Part shown: one piece after another, positions 53,752 through 63,830 of the stretch
Layout: each line of letters starts with the position of its first letter
Position numbering within the stretch: the stretch's first letter is position 1
Source: Capsulimonadaceae bacterium
GTDB lineage: Bacteria > Armatimonadota > Armatimonadia > Armatimonadales > Capsulimonadaceae
Reading direction: 5' to 3'
Assembly (NCBI GenBank): GCA_965215505.1
Contig: OZ244065.1
Span: 3,296,001 to 3,360,000, forward strand
Length of the DNA: 64,000 nucleotides
Notes under the pieces: generated by a model
What the model saw: only the letters and a program-made list of their open reading frames with translations
The model's database searches: none
Told to the model about the DNA's origin: nothing
Position numbers and translations under genes: made by a program

Positions 53752-56700
53752 ATGAAGACCTGCGCGCGCTGTGGACGCACCTACCCGCCGGACCAGGCCA
53801 TGTGCCCCGCCTGCGGCCTCGCCCTGCCGGGGATGCGCGGGCTTGCCGGGGCGGTGAATTCCGGGACGCCGCAGGCCGACCCGAACGTCGGCCACGTCGA
53901 GTTCCTGCTGTCGCAGCTCGACGAGTGGGTGGCGCAGGGCTGGGTCGCGCCCGAGCAGGCGCGGCGACTCTACGACATTTACCAAGACCGCCGCCGGTGG
54001 CTGCTGGCCGGGCCGCCCGCCGCGCCAGCCCCTAACGCGCCGCCCTCCGATGCGCCGCCCTCGGCCCCGCCGGTGGAAGTGGGACACCTCCTCCCTACGT
54101 CCCCGCCCCCGTCTGCCCGCCGCCCCTCGCCGCTTGCGGCCTTCTTTGAGGAGCAGAACATCTCGTTCTGGCAGCTCATCGGCGCGCTCCTGCTGCTCGC
54201 GGGGTTGGTTGGGCTGGTCGGCTGGACCTGGGGGTCCGTCGGCAAGTACCTCGTCTTCGCGCTGATGCTCGGCCTGACCGGCGGGCTGTACGCCCTCGCC
54301 CGCTCGCGCTTCATCCAGGGCCAGCCCCTGACGCGGGCCGCGCTCACCGGCGTCGCCGCGCTTCTCGTGCCGCTGGACCTCGTCGCCGTCAACGCCTTCC
54401 GCCTGCTCGGCGGCGCATTGGGGACGGACCAGATCGGCCTGCTGACTTCGCTCCTCTGCCTGCCCCTGTACGGGTGGCTCGCGCGCCGTGAGTTGGGGCG
54501 CTGGCCTGCCGGCCTTCTGGCGGCGAGCAGCGCCATCGCCGTCTACTTCACGCTCCACGCCCTCCTCCCCGCCCACGCCGGAAGTCTGCGGGGCATCGCC
54601 TACGGCCTGGCCTATTCCGGGCTGGCCGGAGCCTTCCTACTGGCAGCGAGGAGAGCGGGAAGTGAGCGGCGCGATGTCTGGTTTACCACCGCCTACGCGG
54701 CGACGGCCGCTGCCCTGGCCTTCGCCCTGTGGCTGGGCGGCCCGGACACCCTGGGCGCGTTGGCCGCGACGCTGCTCCTGCTGGGCCTGGCCTACGGCGT
54801 CGCCGCCGCGCTGTTTGACGACCGCAACTTCGCGACTCTGTCGCTCGGCGCGGGGACGGCGGGCGGGGCGCTCGCCCTGCACCGATTGGGAGCGGGCGAC
54901 TGGCTGTACCACTGGTACTGGTACGCGGCCTGGGCGCAGGCGGTCGGCTTCGCGTCATGGGGAATAAGCCGCCTGCTCACCCGGCGCAGGCGCGTGCCAC
55001 TGGGCGACGCCTACCGCGACAGTGCCCTGGCCCTCGCGGGCCTGGCCGTGACCGCACAGGCCGTGCGCGCCGTCCTGGCTCTGGGTGCATTCCCCGGCGT
55101 CGGCCCGCCGGGCACGGAGCTGTGGGGGATGCTGCTCCTGGCCGCCCTAAGCCTGGCATTCTTCGCCCTCGCCCGGCGCGGTACTGTGGCGGCGGGCGTC
55201 CTGACCTACGCCGTCGTTCTGCTCGGCCTGCTCGGGTCGCACTACGCCCCCGCGCGCTCCGTCCCGCACGACCAGCCCAACCTCGGGCTGTTCCTTGCCG
55301 CAGCCTCACTCCTGCTGTGGCGGCTGAAACGCCCGCGCGTGAGTCTCGGCGTGGCGGCGCTCGGTCTGGCGGCCTGCCTCGCCTATGCATTGGCAAGCGT
55401 CTTCTGGGAGACGACCGTTCTGGCCCTGCCGCTGCTCATCGTCGCCTACTTGACACAGCGGCAAACGGCAGGCGCGCTCTCGGTCTGGCCGGTCGCCGCC
55501 GCCTGCGTCCTGGAGGTCCTGCTGCTGGAACGACGCGCCCTGCCCTGGGCACATACACATCTCGGGTGGGAGCCGAACTACGGGGCGGGTCTGTTCCTCC
55601 TGACTGCGTTCGGGCTTGCGCTGGCCGACCGCCGGAAGTCGCGCGCCGGGGTGTGGGCTGCCCTGGCCGTCGCCGCCGCGACCACCCTGATGCAGCTCGG
55701 CTATGCCGGCCTGGGCCATTTGCCGTACTCGCCGCTGCTGCTCCTGGGAGCCGGGGCGCTTGTTGCCTGCGGCATCGGCCTGGCCCGGCGGTCACCGCGC
55801 GCCGCCGACTGCGCTGCTGGCTTGACGGGCGGCTTTTACCTCGGCTTCGTCCTGGGCTGTTTCAACGTGGCCGGTTCCGCCGCTGATGCCGCCCGTGAGG
55901 CAACGACGGCCAGCGGGCTTCTCGTTCTGGCCCTGTCGCTCGGCCTGCTGGCCCGGCGTCAGAAGCGCCCGCCGCTCGTCTACGCCGCTGCCCTGGCCGC
56001 CGCTATCGGGGAGGCGCACGCCCTGCACCGGCTTTTGCACCCCGCTCCGGTCGTCTACGCCCTGGCCCTCTGGCCGCTCGCGGCGGCGCTCTACGCGGCG
56101 GGCACGGCGGCGGCCCGACGTGCCCCGGACGCCCGGAGTGCCTGGCTGCCTCCCCTGCACACAAGCGCCCTGCTGATCTCCCTCGCCGCCCTGGCCGCCG
56201 CCGTCGGGGCGACCTTGCTTGGCGCGGGCCGGACGGGCAGCGCCGCCCTCGTCCAGACCGTCTGTCTCTACGGCGCGCTCTATGCCGCCGTCGCCGCCGT
56301 CACCCGGAGCGGGTCCTACGCCGGGCTTGCCGCGCTGGCATTCAGCGGCGCGTATGGGCTGGCACTGCTGCGCGTCACGCCCGCGCTGTCCGCGCCCCGT
56401 CTGGCCTTCCTCCTCAGCCTGGGAAGCCTGTTCTGGCTGGCAGCCGCTCAGGGGGCCGCACGTTTCGCCGCCGCCCGCTTCGCCGCCCCGGCCCTCAACA
56501 GCCGCGCCGTCGCCGTCGCTCTGGGCGCAATCCTGGTGGCCTTTCTGGGCCTGGGCGGGGCCGACGACCGCTACATCGTCTACACGCTTTTGGTGGGTGG
56601 AACCGCCTTCCTCGGGGCGTCCTGGGGGCTGGGACGACCGGCCTGGGGCCATGCCGGGGTGGCGGCCTATTTCCTGGCCTACTTCGCCTTCCTGTTCAAG

Positions 56701-57159
56701 CGGCTGGGGACGCCCGGCCTGGCGAGCAGCGACTTCTACCTCATCCCCGCCGGGCTGTACGTCCTGACACTGGGCCTGCTCGCGCGCCGCGCCAAGCACC
56801 CCGCCCCGCAGACGTACTTCCTGACCGGCCTGCTGCTTGTCCTGACCCCCACCTTCGTCGCCGCCTGGCAGGCCGGGGCCGCGCCGCTCCACGCCGTGCT
56901 GCTGCTGACCGAGTGCGTCGCCGCCCTGTTCTACGGCATCGCCGCCCGCATCAAGGTGTTCGTCGGCGCGGGCCTGGCCTTCCTGGTCGCCCTGCTGCTG
57001 CGCGAGACTCAAGGGATGGTCGGCCACATCCACTGGGCCGTCTACGCGACGCTTTTGGGTCTGGGCATTCTGGCGAGCGCCCTGTTTTTCGAGAAGCGTG
57101 GGGAGGAAGCGCGGCGCTGGGCGAAGGCGGCTCAGGAAAAGCTGCGGGAGTGGGATTAG
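53752..57159 (+). CDS. Giant polytopic membrane protein with N-terminal zinc ribbon (DUF2157-like)
   Basis: CARC..CPACG, FFEEQNI..IGALLL, LLVPLD, then many TM helices. Confidence 0.75.
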   Translation: MKTCARCGRTYPPDQAMCPACGLALPGMRGLAGAVNSGTPQADPNVGHVEFLLSQLDEWVAQGWVAPEQARRLYDIYQDRRRWLLAGPPAAPAPNAPPSDAPPSAPPVEVGHLLPTSPPPSARRPSPLAAFFEEQNISFWQLIGALLLLAGLVGLVGWTWGSVGKYLVFALMLGLTGGLYALARSRFIQGQPLTRAALTGVAALLVPLDLVAVNAFRLLGGALGTDQIGLLTSLLCLPLYGWLARRELGRWPAGLLAASSAIAVYFTLHALLPAHAGSLRGIAYGLAYSGLAGAFLLAARRAGSERRDVWFTTAYAATAAALAFALWLGGPDTLGALAATLLLLGLAYGVAAALFDDRNFATLSLGAGTAGGALALHRLGAGDWLYHWYWYAAWAQAVGFASWGISRLLTRRRRVPLGDAYRDSALALAGLAVTAQAVRAVLALGAFPGVGPPGTELWGMLLLAALSLAFFALARRGTVAAGVLTYAVVLLGLLGSHYAPARSVPHDQPNLGLFLAAASLLLWRLKRPRVSLGVAALGLAACLAYALASVFWETTVLALPLLIVAYLTQRQTAGALSVWPVAAACVLEVLLLERRALPWAHTHLGWEPNYGAGLFLLTAFGLALADRRKSRAGVWAALAVAAATTLMQLGYAGLGHLPYSPLLLLGAGALVACGIGLARRSPRAADCAAGLTGGFYLGFVLGCFNVAGSAADAAREATTASGLLVLALSLGLLARRQKRPPLVYAAALAAAIGEAHALHRLLHPAPVVYALALWPLAAALYAAGTAAARRAPDARSAWLPPLHTSALLISLAALAAAVGATLLGAGRTGSAALVQTVCLYGALYAAVAAVTRSGSYAGLAALAFSGAYGLALLRVTPALSAPRLAFLLSLGSLFWLAAAQGAARFAAARFAAPALNSRAVAVALGAILVAFLGLGGADDRYIVYTLLVGGTAFLGASWGLGRPAWGHAGVAAYFLAYFAFLFKRLGTPGLASSDFYLIPAGLYVLTLGLLARRAKHPAPQTYFLTGLLLVLTPTFVAAWQAGAAPLHAVLLLTECVAALFYGIAARIKVFVGAGLAFLVALLLRETQGMVGHIHWAVYATLLGLGILASALFFEKRGEEARRWAKAAQEKLREWD

Positions 57160-57167
57160 GGGGAGAT

Positions 57168-57276
57168 GGGCGGTTGAAACCGCGGCAACGACGGCACAAA
57201 GTCGCCCTTCGGCGACTCAGGTCCCCAACCTGCGAAGGCAGGTTTTGTGAACTTGTTGACGCGGTTTCAACCGCCC
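57168..57276. repeat. REPIN-like element, family D
   Basis: GGGCGGTTGAAACCGCG ... CGCGGTTTCAACCGCCC with two inner hairpins; between convergent genes. Confidence 0.8.
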
Positions 57277-57287
57277 GCTATCGCCGA

Positions 57288-57890
57288 TCACTTCTCCTGC
57301 GGCTCCTGAAGCACATACACGCGCACGGACCGGGTGCCCCAATCGCCCATGTGCCCGTACACCTGCACCCGGATGTCCACATGATGCCCCTTGATTGCCC
57401 CGCCGATGTCGTCGGCGACGGCATGGCCATAGCCCGGTATCCAAAGCTGCGACCCAAGCGGGATCAGGCCGGGGTCCACGGCCACCCCGTGTTCCGCCCG
57501 CCCGTCGCGCAGCGTGGAGGTGTAGCGCCCGCCCTCCATCCGCGTGTTGATTGGCGTGTAGGCCGTCGCCCGCATGCGGAAGAAGCGCACGAACTGGCCC
57601 TTGTGTGGCACGGAGTCCACGTCCGCATCCCAGGACGACGCGCGCGGGGCCGGGGCGGGGACACTCGGGGCCGGGGGGCGGACCGCCCGCCGGGGGGCCG
57701 GCCTGTGGAGATAACGAGCCGCCGGCAGGAGCAGGCAGGCCGCCGCAAGCGGCACGGCAAACAATGCGCGCCGGGACGGGCGGGCGGCCTCGCGGCCCGG
57801 AACGACGGCGTGGGACGCGCCGGGGAAGCGCGGGCCGTCCGTGTACTGCACGACGGGCAGATCGTCTATTTCTGGAGGCGGGTAGGGCAT
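57288..57890 (-). CDS. 3D-domain (MltA-like) peptidoglycan-active protein
   Basis: MRATAYT, VAVDPGLIPLGS, YGHAVADDIGGAIKGHHVDI. Confidence 0.88.
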   Translation of the reverse strand: MPYPPPEIDDLPVVQYTDGPRFPGASHAVVPGREAARPSRRALFAVPLAAACLLLPAARYLHRPAPRRAVRPPAPSVPAPAPRASSWDADVDSVPHKGQFVRFFRMRATAYTPINTRMEGGRYTSTLRDGRAEHGVAVDPGLIPLGSQLWIPGYGHAVADDIGGAIKGHHVDIRVQVYGHMGDWGTRSVRVYVLQEPQEK

Positions 57891-57979
57891 AGGTAGCACT
57901 TATTCCCGCCCGCGCGCCGCGCGCAAACGCGGCGGCCTCTTTGTCCCGGCCCTAAAGTGGGTATCACGAGAGCATTCCT

Positions 57980-58285
57980 ATGGCAACCAACAGACCCTCC
58001 GGCCACCTCAGCGGCGGCAAATACACTTCCAGCCACACCACGGTCATCTCCGCCGCCGAAGCGCCCGCCCGCGCGGCGGCCCGCCTGGAGTGCGTCAGCA
58101 AGATCTCGCTCGGCCTGATCAAGACGCTGCGGAACGGCCCGCCCGCGATCAAGTTCCTGGAAGAATGCAGCGGCTGCCTGCTGGTCAAGGTGCGCGGCGG
58201 CAGCTCCATCCAGGAGGTGCGCGTCTACACCACAGACCCGGAGGCGACGAAAGAGGCGATGACGGCGGCCTTCGCGGGGCGGTGA
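57980..58285 (+). CDS. DUF2103-like protein
   Basis: GGKYTSSHTTVI, KISLGLIK, LLVKVRGGSSIQEVRVYT. Confidence 0.6.
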   Translation: MATNRPSGHLSGGKYTSSHTTVISAAEAPARAAARLECVSKISLGLIKTLRNGPPAIKFLEECSGCLLVKVRGGSSIQEVRVYTTDPEATKEAMTAAFAGR

Positions 58286-58317
58286 GGGGGAGGGTGTAAG
58301 GGGGCCGGATTGCAGAA

Positions 58318-58386
58318 GAGGGCGGGGGGACCCCGCCCCTACAAGGACCTGTCGGAATGACGTAGGGGCGGGGTCCCCCCGCCCTC
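58318..58386. repeat. Inverted pair of GTAG-type REPs
   Basis: GAGGGCGGGGGGACCCCGCCCCTAC ... GTAGGGGCGGGGTCCCCCCGCCCTC. Confidence 0.8.
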
Positions 58387-58461
58387 CTTCCGCATCCTTC
58401 CTTCCCCTCGCTCTTCTGGCCCACGCAGGAACTTCCCCCCAGCCGGGCGAACTAGCCTCCC

Positions 58462-59532
58462 ATGGAACCCAACATGGACCCCGCCGACTTCGACACCGGC
58501 GTCTACCGCCGCGCCCGCATCGAGGCCCTTCAAGGCCGCTACGCCTGGGCGCATTCGCAGGCCGCCGTCCGGCCCCCCGCCGAGCGGGCCGCCTGGCAAA
58601 CGGACTTCCGCCGCGCCTTCGGCGAGGCCCTCGGCGGCCTCGGCGCGTGGGAGATCCCGCCACTCGAACCCGCCACCGTCGAGACGCGCCAACTTGACGG
58701 CTACCGGCGCGAAACCGTCACCTTCACCACGCGCCCCGGCCTGCGCGCCTTCGGCTATTTCCTCATCCCCGACGACTGCCCGCCCGGCAGCCCCGCCGTG
58801 CTGTGCCTGCCCGGCCACGGGCGCGGCGTGGACAGCATCGTCGGCATCGCCCCCGACGGCTCCCAGCGCCCCCTGGACCGGCCCGAGGAGTACGCGCAGG
58901 ATTACGCGCTCCAGTGCGTGGCGCGCGGCTACCCGGCCTTCGCCCTGGAACTGCCGAGCTTCGGGCTGCGCCGCGATGCCCAGGCCGCCGCCCAGACGCC
59001 CGAGACGAGTTCCTGCACGCGCGACAGCATGGCCGCCCTGATGCTCGGCGAAACCCTGCCCGGCTGGCGCGTCTGGGACGCCTGCCGCGCCCTGGACTAC
59101 TTGCAGACTCGCGCCGACCTGATAGACCCCGCCCGCCTGGCCGTCTTGGGCATCTCCGGCGGCGGCCTGGCCGCGCTGTTCACGGCCGCCTGGGACATCC
59201 GCGTCCGCGCCTGCCTCGTCTGCGCCTACTTCAACACCTTCCGCGGCTCCGTCCTCTCGATAGACCACTGCGTGGACAACTACGTCCCCGGCCTGCTGCG
59301 CCTGGCCGAGATGCCGGACCTCGCCGCCCTCGTCGCCCCGCGCGCCCTGTTCGCCGAGAGCGGGCGCTCCGACCCCATCTTCCCCTTCGCCGCGTTTGAG
59401 ACGGCCGTCGCCCAGGCACGGGACATCTACCAGTTCTTCGGCGTCCCCGCCCGCTTCGGGTCGGAAGCCTTCGACGGCGGCCACCAGTTCCACGGCGTCG
59501 GCGCGTTCGAATTCCTGGCAGGGGCCTTGTAG
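58462..59532 (+). CDS. Alpha/beta hydrolase (acetyl-xylan esterase/dienelactone hydrolase-like)
   Basis: LCLPGHG, RALDYL, GISGGG nucleophile elbow, SDPIFP, GGHQF. Confidence 0.88.
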   Translation: MEPNMDPADFDTGVYRRARIEALQGRYAWAHSQAAVRPPAERAAWQTDFRRAFGEALGGLGAWEIPPLEPATVETRQLDGYRRETVTFTTRPGLRAFGYFLIPDDCPPGSPAVLCLPGHGRGVDSIVGIAPDGSQRPLDRPEEYAQDYALQCVARGYPAFALELPSFGLRRDAQAAAQTPETSSCTRDSMAALMLGETLPGWRVWDACRALDYLQTRADLIDPARLAVLGISGGGLAALFTAAWDIRVRACLVCAYFNTFRGSVLSIDHCVDNYVPGLLRLAEMPDLAALVAPRALFAESGRSDPIFPFAAFETAVAQARDIYQFFGVPARFGSEAFDGGHQFHGVGAFEFLAGAL

Positions 59533-59652
59533 GGGCAGGGCTTGTCCCTGCCCTCCTACCTGCCACGGGGCTGAATCCCCGTGGCACAAAAAAGGGCGCG
59601 ATGAATCGCGCCCCTACACCATCCCCGTAGGGGCGGGGTCGCCCCGCCCTCC
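59529..59652. repeat. Cluster of GTAG REP-like hairpins
   Basis: GTAGGGGCAGGGCTTGTCCCTGCCCT, TGCCACGGGG-CTGAAT-CCCCGTGGCA, GGGCGCGATGAATCGCGCCCCTAC, GTAGGGGCGGGGTCGCCCCGCCCT. Confidence 0.75.
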
Positions 59653-59670
59653 TGTTTCCCCTCGCACGCC

Positions 59671-62600
59671 TTACGGAACCTTCGCGGGTGCCGTCCCCTT
59701 CGACAATCGCCGTGGCGCATATTTCCCATGCCACAGGCTTTCTAGCTGCATCCACCGCCCCCGCGCCGCGAGGGACGACTTCAGGTAGCTGTCGTACCGG
59801 GCCACCTCCGCCGCTGCTTCGGGCGTCGGCGGGCGCATCGCCTTGATCTCCGCCTGCCGACGCCGGAGGCGGGCCGCAGCACTCGCGGAAACCTGCTTCC
59901 AGTGGGCGGCTTGGGCGGGGTACAGGACGCCCTTGGCGTCCGCCGACCGGATCTGATCCATGTCTGTGTAGGTCTGCTCCTCCCTCTGGTGACGCTTCTC
60001 CTCGAACGCCACGACGGCGGGCGTCCTGAGCGACTTCTCCTGCCGGTCCGAAGCCGCCATGGACTTTTCCAGTTGGATGATCTCCATCCGCAGGGCGTTC
60101 TTGGCCGTCTCCCGCTCGGTGGTTTGGGCGCGGGACAACGTGCCGGGGTGCGCGGCCGTATAATCCGCCCGCGCCTTCTCCAAGTCCTGAAGACGCTGCC
60201 TGGCCCGCGCGATGTCGGTTTCCGTCGGGACGCCCGGCAAGGGCGCGGCCTGTCCTGCCTGCCCCTCGGCGGAGGGCGGGGCGAAGGCCGCCGTCCTCAG
60301 CAGCGCGGCCTGATGGGGCACTGCCGGGACGGCCTGCGCCTTCCGCGCCGGGGGCGTGGGCGCGCTCCCGCCGAACCACCGCAGCGCCCTTTTCGCGGCG
60401 TAACGCTCGTTATAGTTCTTGCTCGCCAGGTACGGGAGGATCGCCTCCCGTATCTCCTGTGACTGCGCGGGGGAGGCGATGTGCAGGAAGTCGAAGAAGA
60501 ACAGCACAGCCAGGTGGATGGGGCTTTGTCTGTCTGGCCGGGTCCGCAGGATCGCGATGTCCGGGGCGATGTCTGCCTCGCTGAGACGCCCCGCCTGCAC
60601 TATTTTAGCGTCGAGTAGGTAGAGATGGACTAGGTCGGTGCGCGATAGCGAATGGGCCAACTCGGAGTCAAGCCCGTAGCGCGCCATCGAGGCAGCATCG
60701 TCCGGAGTGATGTGCAGGGACAAACCCGCCGCCCGCTCCATTTGCATGATGTCGAGCCGCGTTTCGTCGAGGGCGATGGCTTCCTCTAAGCCATACTTTC
60801 TGGTCTCCTGCGCGACCCGCCCCGGCGGGAGTAGACCCACTTCTCTTTGCAGCCGCGCGAGTCGCGGATTGAAGGGAGGCACCTTGGCGGCGACGGGGGC
60901 AGCAGGCTCGGGGCCGGTGACTATGACCATTTCACTCCGCCGCAGAGGCCGCTTGTCGTTGGGCTTGGTGCTTTTGCCTTCCACCCAGACTCGCGTGACC
61001 TGCCTGTGCTTTGTAGACTCACGCGCCGCCCGGCCGGCGTTCCATTTCGCCTGGTAGCGGACTTCTTCCTGCTCGCTGCTCAACTGGTCAACCAGAGCGG
61101 CCTGCTTTGGCGTCAGTGTGTTCGGGTGCGCGGCGACATAGTCCGCCCGCTCCTGCTCCAGACCTTGAAGATGCTGATGGACCTGTGCGATCTCCGCCTC
61201 CGTCGGGGTGCCCGCCGACAGCGCAGCCTGTGCCGCCGGGGCCTGGTTGGCGGCGGGCGGGGCGAAGACCGCCGTCCTCAGCAGTGTTGCCGGGACGTTC
61301 TGCGCCGGGGGCGGCGTCGCGCTCCCGTCAATCTTCTTGAGTGTCCGTGCGGCCTGATCCGTCTCCCAGTGGGAGCGGCTTTTCAGAAGCGGCGTGATTG
61401 CCTCCCGCATCTTCTGCTTCTGTGCGGGAGAAGACTCGGGCAGCACACTGAAAAGCTGCATGACATCACTCCGATTGAAGTTCGGGGCTATGGATGGCTT
61501 GTGGAGGATCACGATGAGCGAGTCAATGTCAGCGTCATCAAGATGTTTCTTCTGCCCGGCTTTTTGTTGCAGCAGGGAAACATGAACGGAGTCGGCGCGC
61601 GACATCTGCCCCGTCTTCTCCCAGTCGAGCGCAGTGTCTGCTATGATGGCAAGGTTGTCCGGTGGTATGTGCAGCGGATAGCCGACAGCATGCTCCATCT
61701 GCATCATCTCGACCCGCGTCTTGTCCAGGGCAATGGCCTCATCAAAGCCGTGCATCCGCACCTCCCGCGTGACCTGTGCCGCCGGGAGCGAAGCGATTCT
61801 AGGTTGCACCATGGCGCGATAGTTGCGTTCCGCTTGGGCGGCATAGACTTCATGTTCTTTAAGGCCCTTCAGAGCTGTGGCCCTTGCGTGGGGGCCCTTC
61901 TCTCTCGCTATCTCTCTTGCTACGAGATGTTGCATGGTGTGCTTGGACTCATCTATCCCTCTCAGGCCATCCAGGTAGCCGATTTGGGTTAGAGACAGTA
62001 TGTTCGGGTGTGCGGCGGCGTACTGCGCCCGCGCCTGCTCCAGTCCACGCAGGTGCCGTTGGACCTTCGCGATGTCCGCCTCCGTCGGGACGCCCGCCGT
62101 CGGCGCGGCCTGTACCTTACGTCCCTCGTCGGCGCGGGCGGCGGGGCGCAGAATCGCCAAGGGAGCGGCGACGGCGAGTGCAATCACCACAGCCAGGGCG
62201 GCGGAGCGGCGGGTGACGCGGCGGCGGGCGCGGCGGGTGTCCAGGATGGCTTCCAGACGCCCGCGCACTGGGGAGCGGCGGGTCATGGTGACGGCCCCGA
62301 CGGACAGCCGCCGCTGCGTCCGGCCCGCGCCGAGGTGGCGGGCGACGGCGAGGAGGTCCTGGGCGTAGTCGGCGGGCGAGACGCCCGCCAGCAGTACGGC
62401 GTCGTCGCAGGCGCGCTCGGCCTCGGCCCCCAGGCGGGCGGCGAGGAGCCAGAGCAGCGGGTTGAACCAGTACAGGGCGCAGGCGGTCTGGGCGAGCAGG
62501 TGCGTCAGCCAGTCACAGCGCCGGACGTGGGCCGACTCGTGCAGCACGACGGCCCGCAGACGCGCGTCCGGCCAGTCGGCGGCCTCGGGGGGCAGCAGGA

Positions 62601-63297
62601 GGACGGCGCGGGGCCAGCCCCAGACCATCGGCGGCGTCCCCGCCGGGCCGGTCAGGAGGGCGGCGAAGGGGGCGGTTCCCAGGCCGGCGGAGGGGAGCAG
62701 GGACGGCGGCAGGGGCGGGCAGCGGCGCGTCAGCCGCCACACGCGCGCCTGGGCGGATAGCATCCGGGCGGCACAGGCCAGGACGCCGACCAGCCAGAGG
62801 GCGACGAGCCAGCCGGGGCGGATGGAGGGCGCGTGGGCCGGGGAGGGCGTCACGGCAGGGGGCGCGGGGAGAGGAGGTCGGGCGGCGACGGGCGCGGCCC
62901 CAACGGGGACGGCCACAAGAGGCGCGGCGGGCGTCTCATTGGCCGGCGCAACTGTCGGCAGGGGCAGGGCCGGGGCTGGCGGGGCGGGGGCATCCCTGAC
63001 CGGCGGAGCAGTCGGCGTGGGCGGCGCTGGAACCAGCACGGCGGCGGGCACGGCGCGCGGAGTGGGGGCCGGGCGCGGGAACTCCTGCCGGGGCAGGAGC
63101 GCCATCAGGACCGGCAGGCCGAGCAGGACGCCCAGCCCGGCCAGCAGGGCGAGGTGGCGCGTCGCCGCCGAGGCGCGGCGCAGGCAGAGGAGCGCGGCCA
63201 GGGCCAATGCCGACACGAGGAGGCCCTTGGCGGCGACATCCAGGAGCAGGGGCAGCGCGTGCCCGGCGTTGACGGGAAGCAGGGCGGCACTAAACAT
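59671..63297 (-). CDS. BlaR1/MecR1-type M56 metallopeptidase with three repeated extracytoplasmic modules
   Basis: SAATRH, PMVWG, VVLHESAHVRRCD, YWFNPL, ERACDD; C-terminal repeats PTEADIA/PTEAEIA/PTETDIA..Y.AAHP. Confidence 0.88.
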   Translation of the reverse strand: MFSAALLPVNAGHALPLLLDVAAKGLLVSALALAALLCLRRASAATRHLALLAGLGVLLGLPVLMALLPRQEFPRPAPTPRAVPAAVLVPAPPTPTAPPVRDAPAPPAPALPLPTVAPANETPAAPLVAVPVGAAPVAARPPLPAPPAVTPSPAHAPSIRPGWLVALWLVGVLACAARMLSAQARVWRLTRRCPPLPPSLLPSAGLGTAPFAALLTGPAGTPPMVWGWPRAVLLLPPEAADWPDARLRAVVLHESAHVRRCDWLTHLLAQTACALYWFNPLLWLLAARLGAEAERACDDAVLLAGVSPADYAQDLLAVARHLGAGRTQRRLSVGAVTMTRRSPVRGRLEAILDTRRARRRVTRRSAALAVVIALAVAAPLAILRPAARADEGRKVQAAPTAGVPTEADIAKVQRHLRGLEQARAQYAAAHPNILSLTQIGYLDGLRGIDESKHTMQHLVAREIAREKGPHARATALKGLKEHEVYAAQAERNYRAMVQPRIASLPAAQVTREVRMHGFDEAIALDKTRVEMMQMEHAVGYPLHIPPDNLAIIADTALDWEKTGQMSRADSVHVSLLQQKAGQKKHLDDADIDSLIVILHKPSIAPNFNRSDVMQLFSVLPESSPAQKQKMREAITPLLKSRSHWETDQAARTLKKIDGSATPPPAQNVPATLLRTAVFAPPAANQAPAAQAALSAGTPTEAEIAQVHQHLQGLEQERADYVAAHPNTLTPKQAALVDQLSSEQEEVRYQAKWNAGRAARESTKHRQVTRVWVEGKSTKPNDKRPLRRSEMVIVTGPEPAAPVAAKVPPFNPRLARLQREVGLLPPGRVAQETRKYGLEEAIALDETRLDIMQMERAAGLSLHITPDDAASMARYGLDSELAHSLSRTDLVHLYLLDAKIVQAGRLSEADIAPDIAILRTRPDRQSPIHLAVLFFFDFLHIASPAQSQEIREAILPYLASKNYNERYAAKRALRWFGGSAPTPPARKAQAVPAVPHQAALLRTAAFAPPSAEGQAGQAAPLPGVPTETDIARARQRLQDLEKARADYTAAHPGTLSRAQTTERETAKNALRMEIIQLEKSMAASDRQEKSLRTPAVVAFEEKRHQREEQTYTDMDQIRSADAKGVLYPAQAAHWKQVSASAAARLRRRQAEIKAMRPPTPEAAAEVARYDSYLKSSLAARGRWMQLESLWHGKYAPRRLSKGTAPAKVP

Positions 63298-63697
63298 CGG
63301 TCTTCTCCTCCACTGTCCCGGCGCGGGCCTGGTCGATGAGCGCGGCCAGCTCGGACAGCTCGGCCTCGGTCAGTTGGGCGTCCTCGTCGGACAGGAAGGT
63401 CTTGACGGCCCCCGAGAGGCTGCCGCCGAAGAAGGTCGCCAGCACGCCGCGCAGGGCCGACTGCGCCGCCTGGGGCTGCGGCGTGGTCGGCAGATAGACG
63501 TAACGCTTGCCCTCCTCCTCGTGCCGCGCGTGGCCCTTGGCGGCGAGGATGCGGAGGACCGAGCGGACGGCGGAGTAGGAGGGCGCGTCGGGCAGAGCCT
63601 CCTGTATCTCCAGGGCCGTCGCCCGCCCCAGGCGGTTCAGAATCTCCAGGGCCTCCCGCTCCCGCCGGCTCAGGCCCGTCCCGATCATGTTAGGCAT
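63290..63697 (-). CDS. BlaI/MecI/CopY family repressor
   Basis: LSRREREALEIL, SYSAVRSVLRILAAKG, GKRYVY, FFGGS. Confidence 0.92.
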   Translation of the reverse strand: MPNMIGTGLSRREREALEILNRLGRATALEIQEALPDAPSYSAVRSVLRILAAKGHARHEEEGKRYVYLPTTPQPQAAQSALRGVLATFFGGSLSGAVKTFLSDEDAQLTEAELSELAALIDQARAGTVEEKTDV

Positions 63698-63719
63698 TCT
63701 CGCCTCCTGTGGCTGTTTG

Positions 63720-63796
63720 TGCTGAAAAATCAGCAGCCTGCTGAAAGATTAGCACATCAGGTGCGGGGTTGTCAAGGGACTGCTGAAAAATCTGCA
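63720..63796 (-). promoter_or_regulatory. Promoter of the repressor operon with three palindromic operators
   Basis: TTGACA (63775-63770)-18 bp-TAATCT (63751-63746); TGCTGA-N4-TCAGCA-type sites at 63720, 63739 and 63781. Confidence 0.8.
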
Positions 63797-63830
63797 TCAG
63801 CATTGGGTGAGCAGGGGAAAGTGACAAGTG

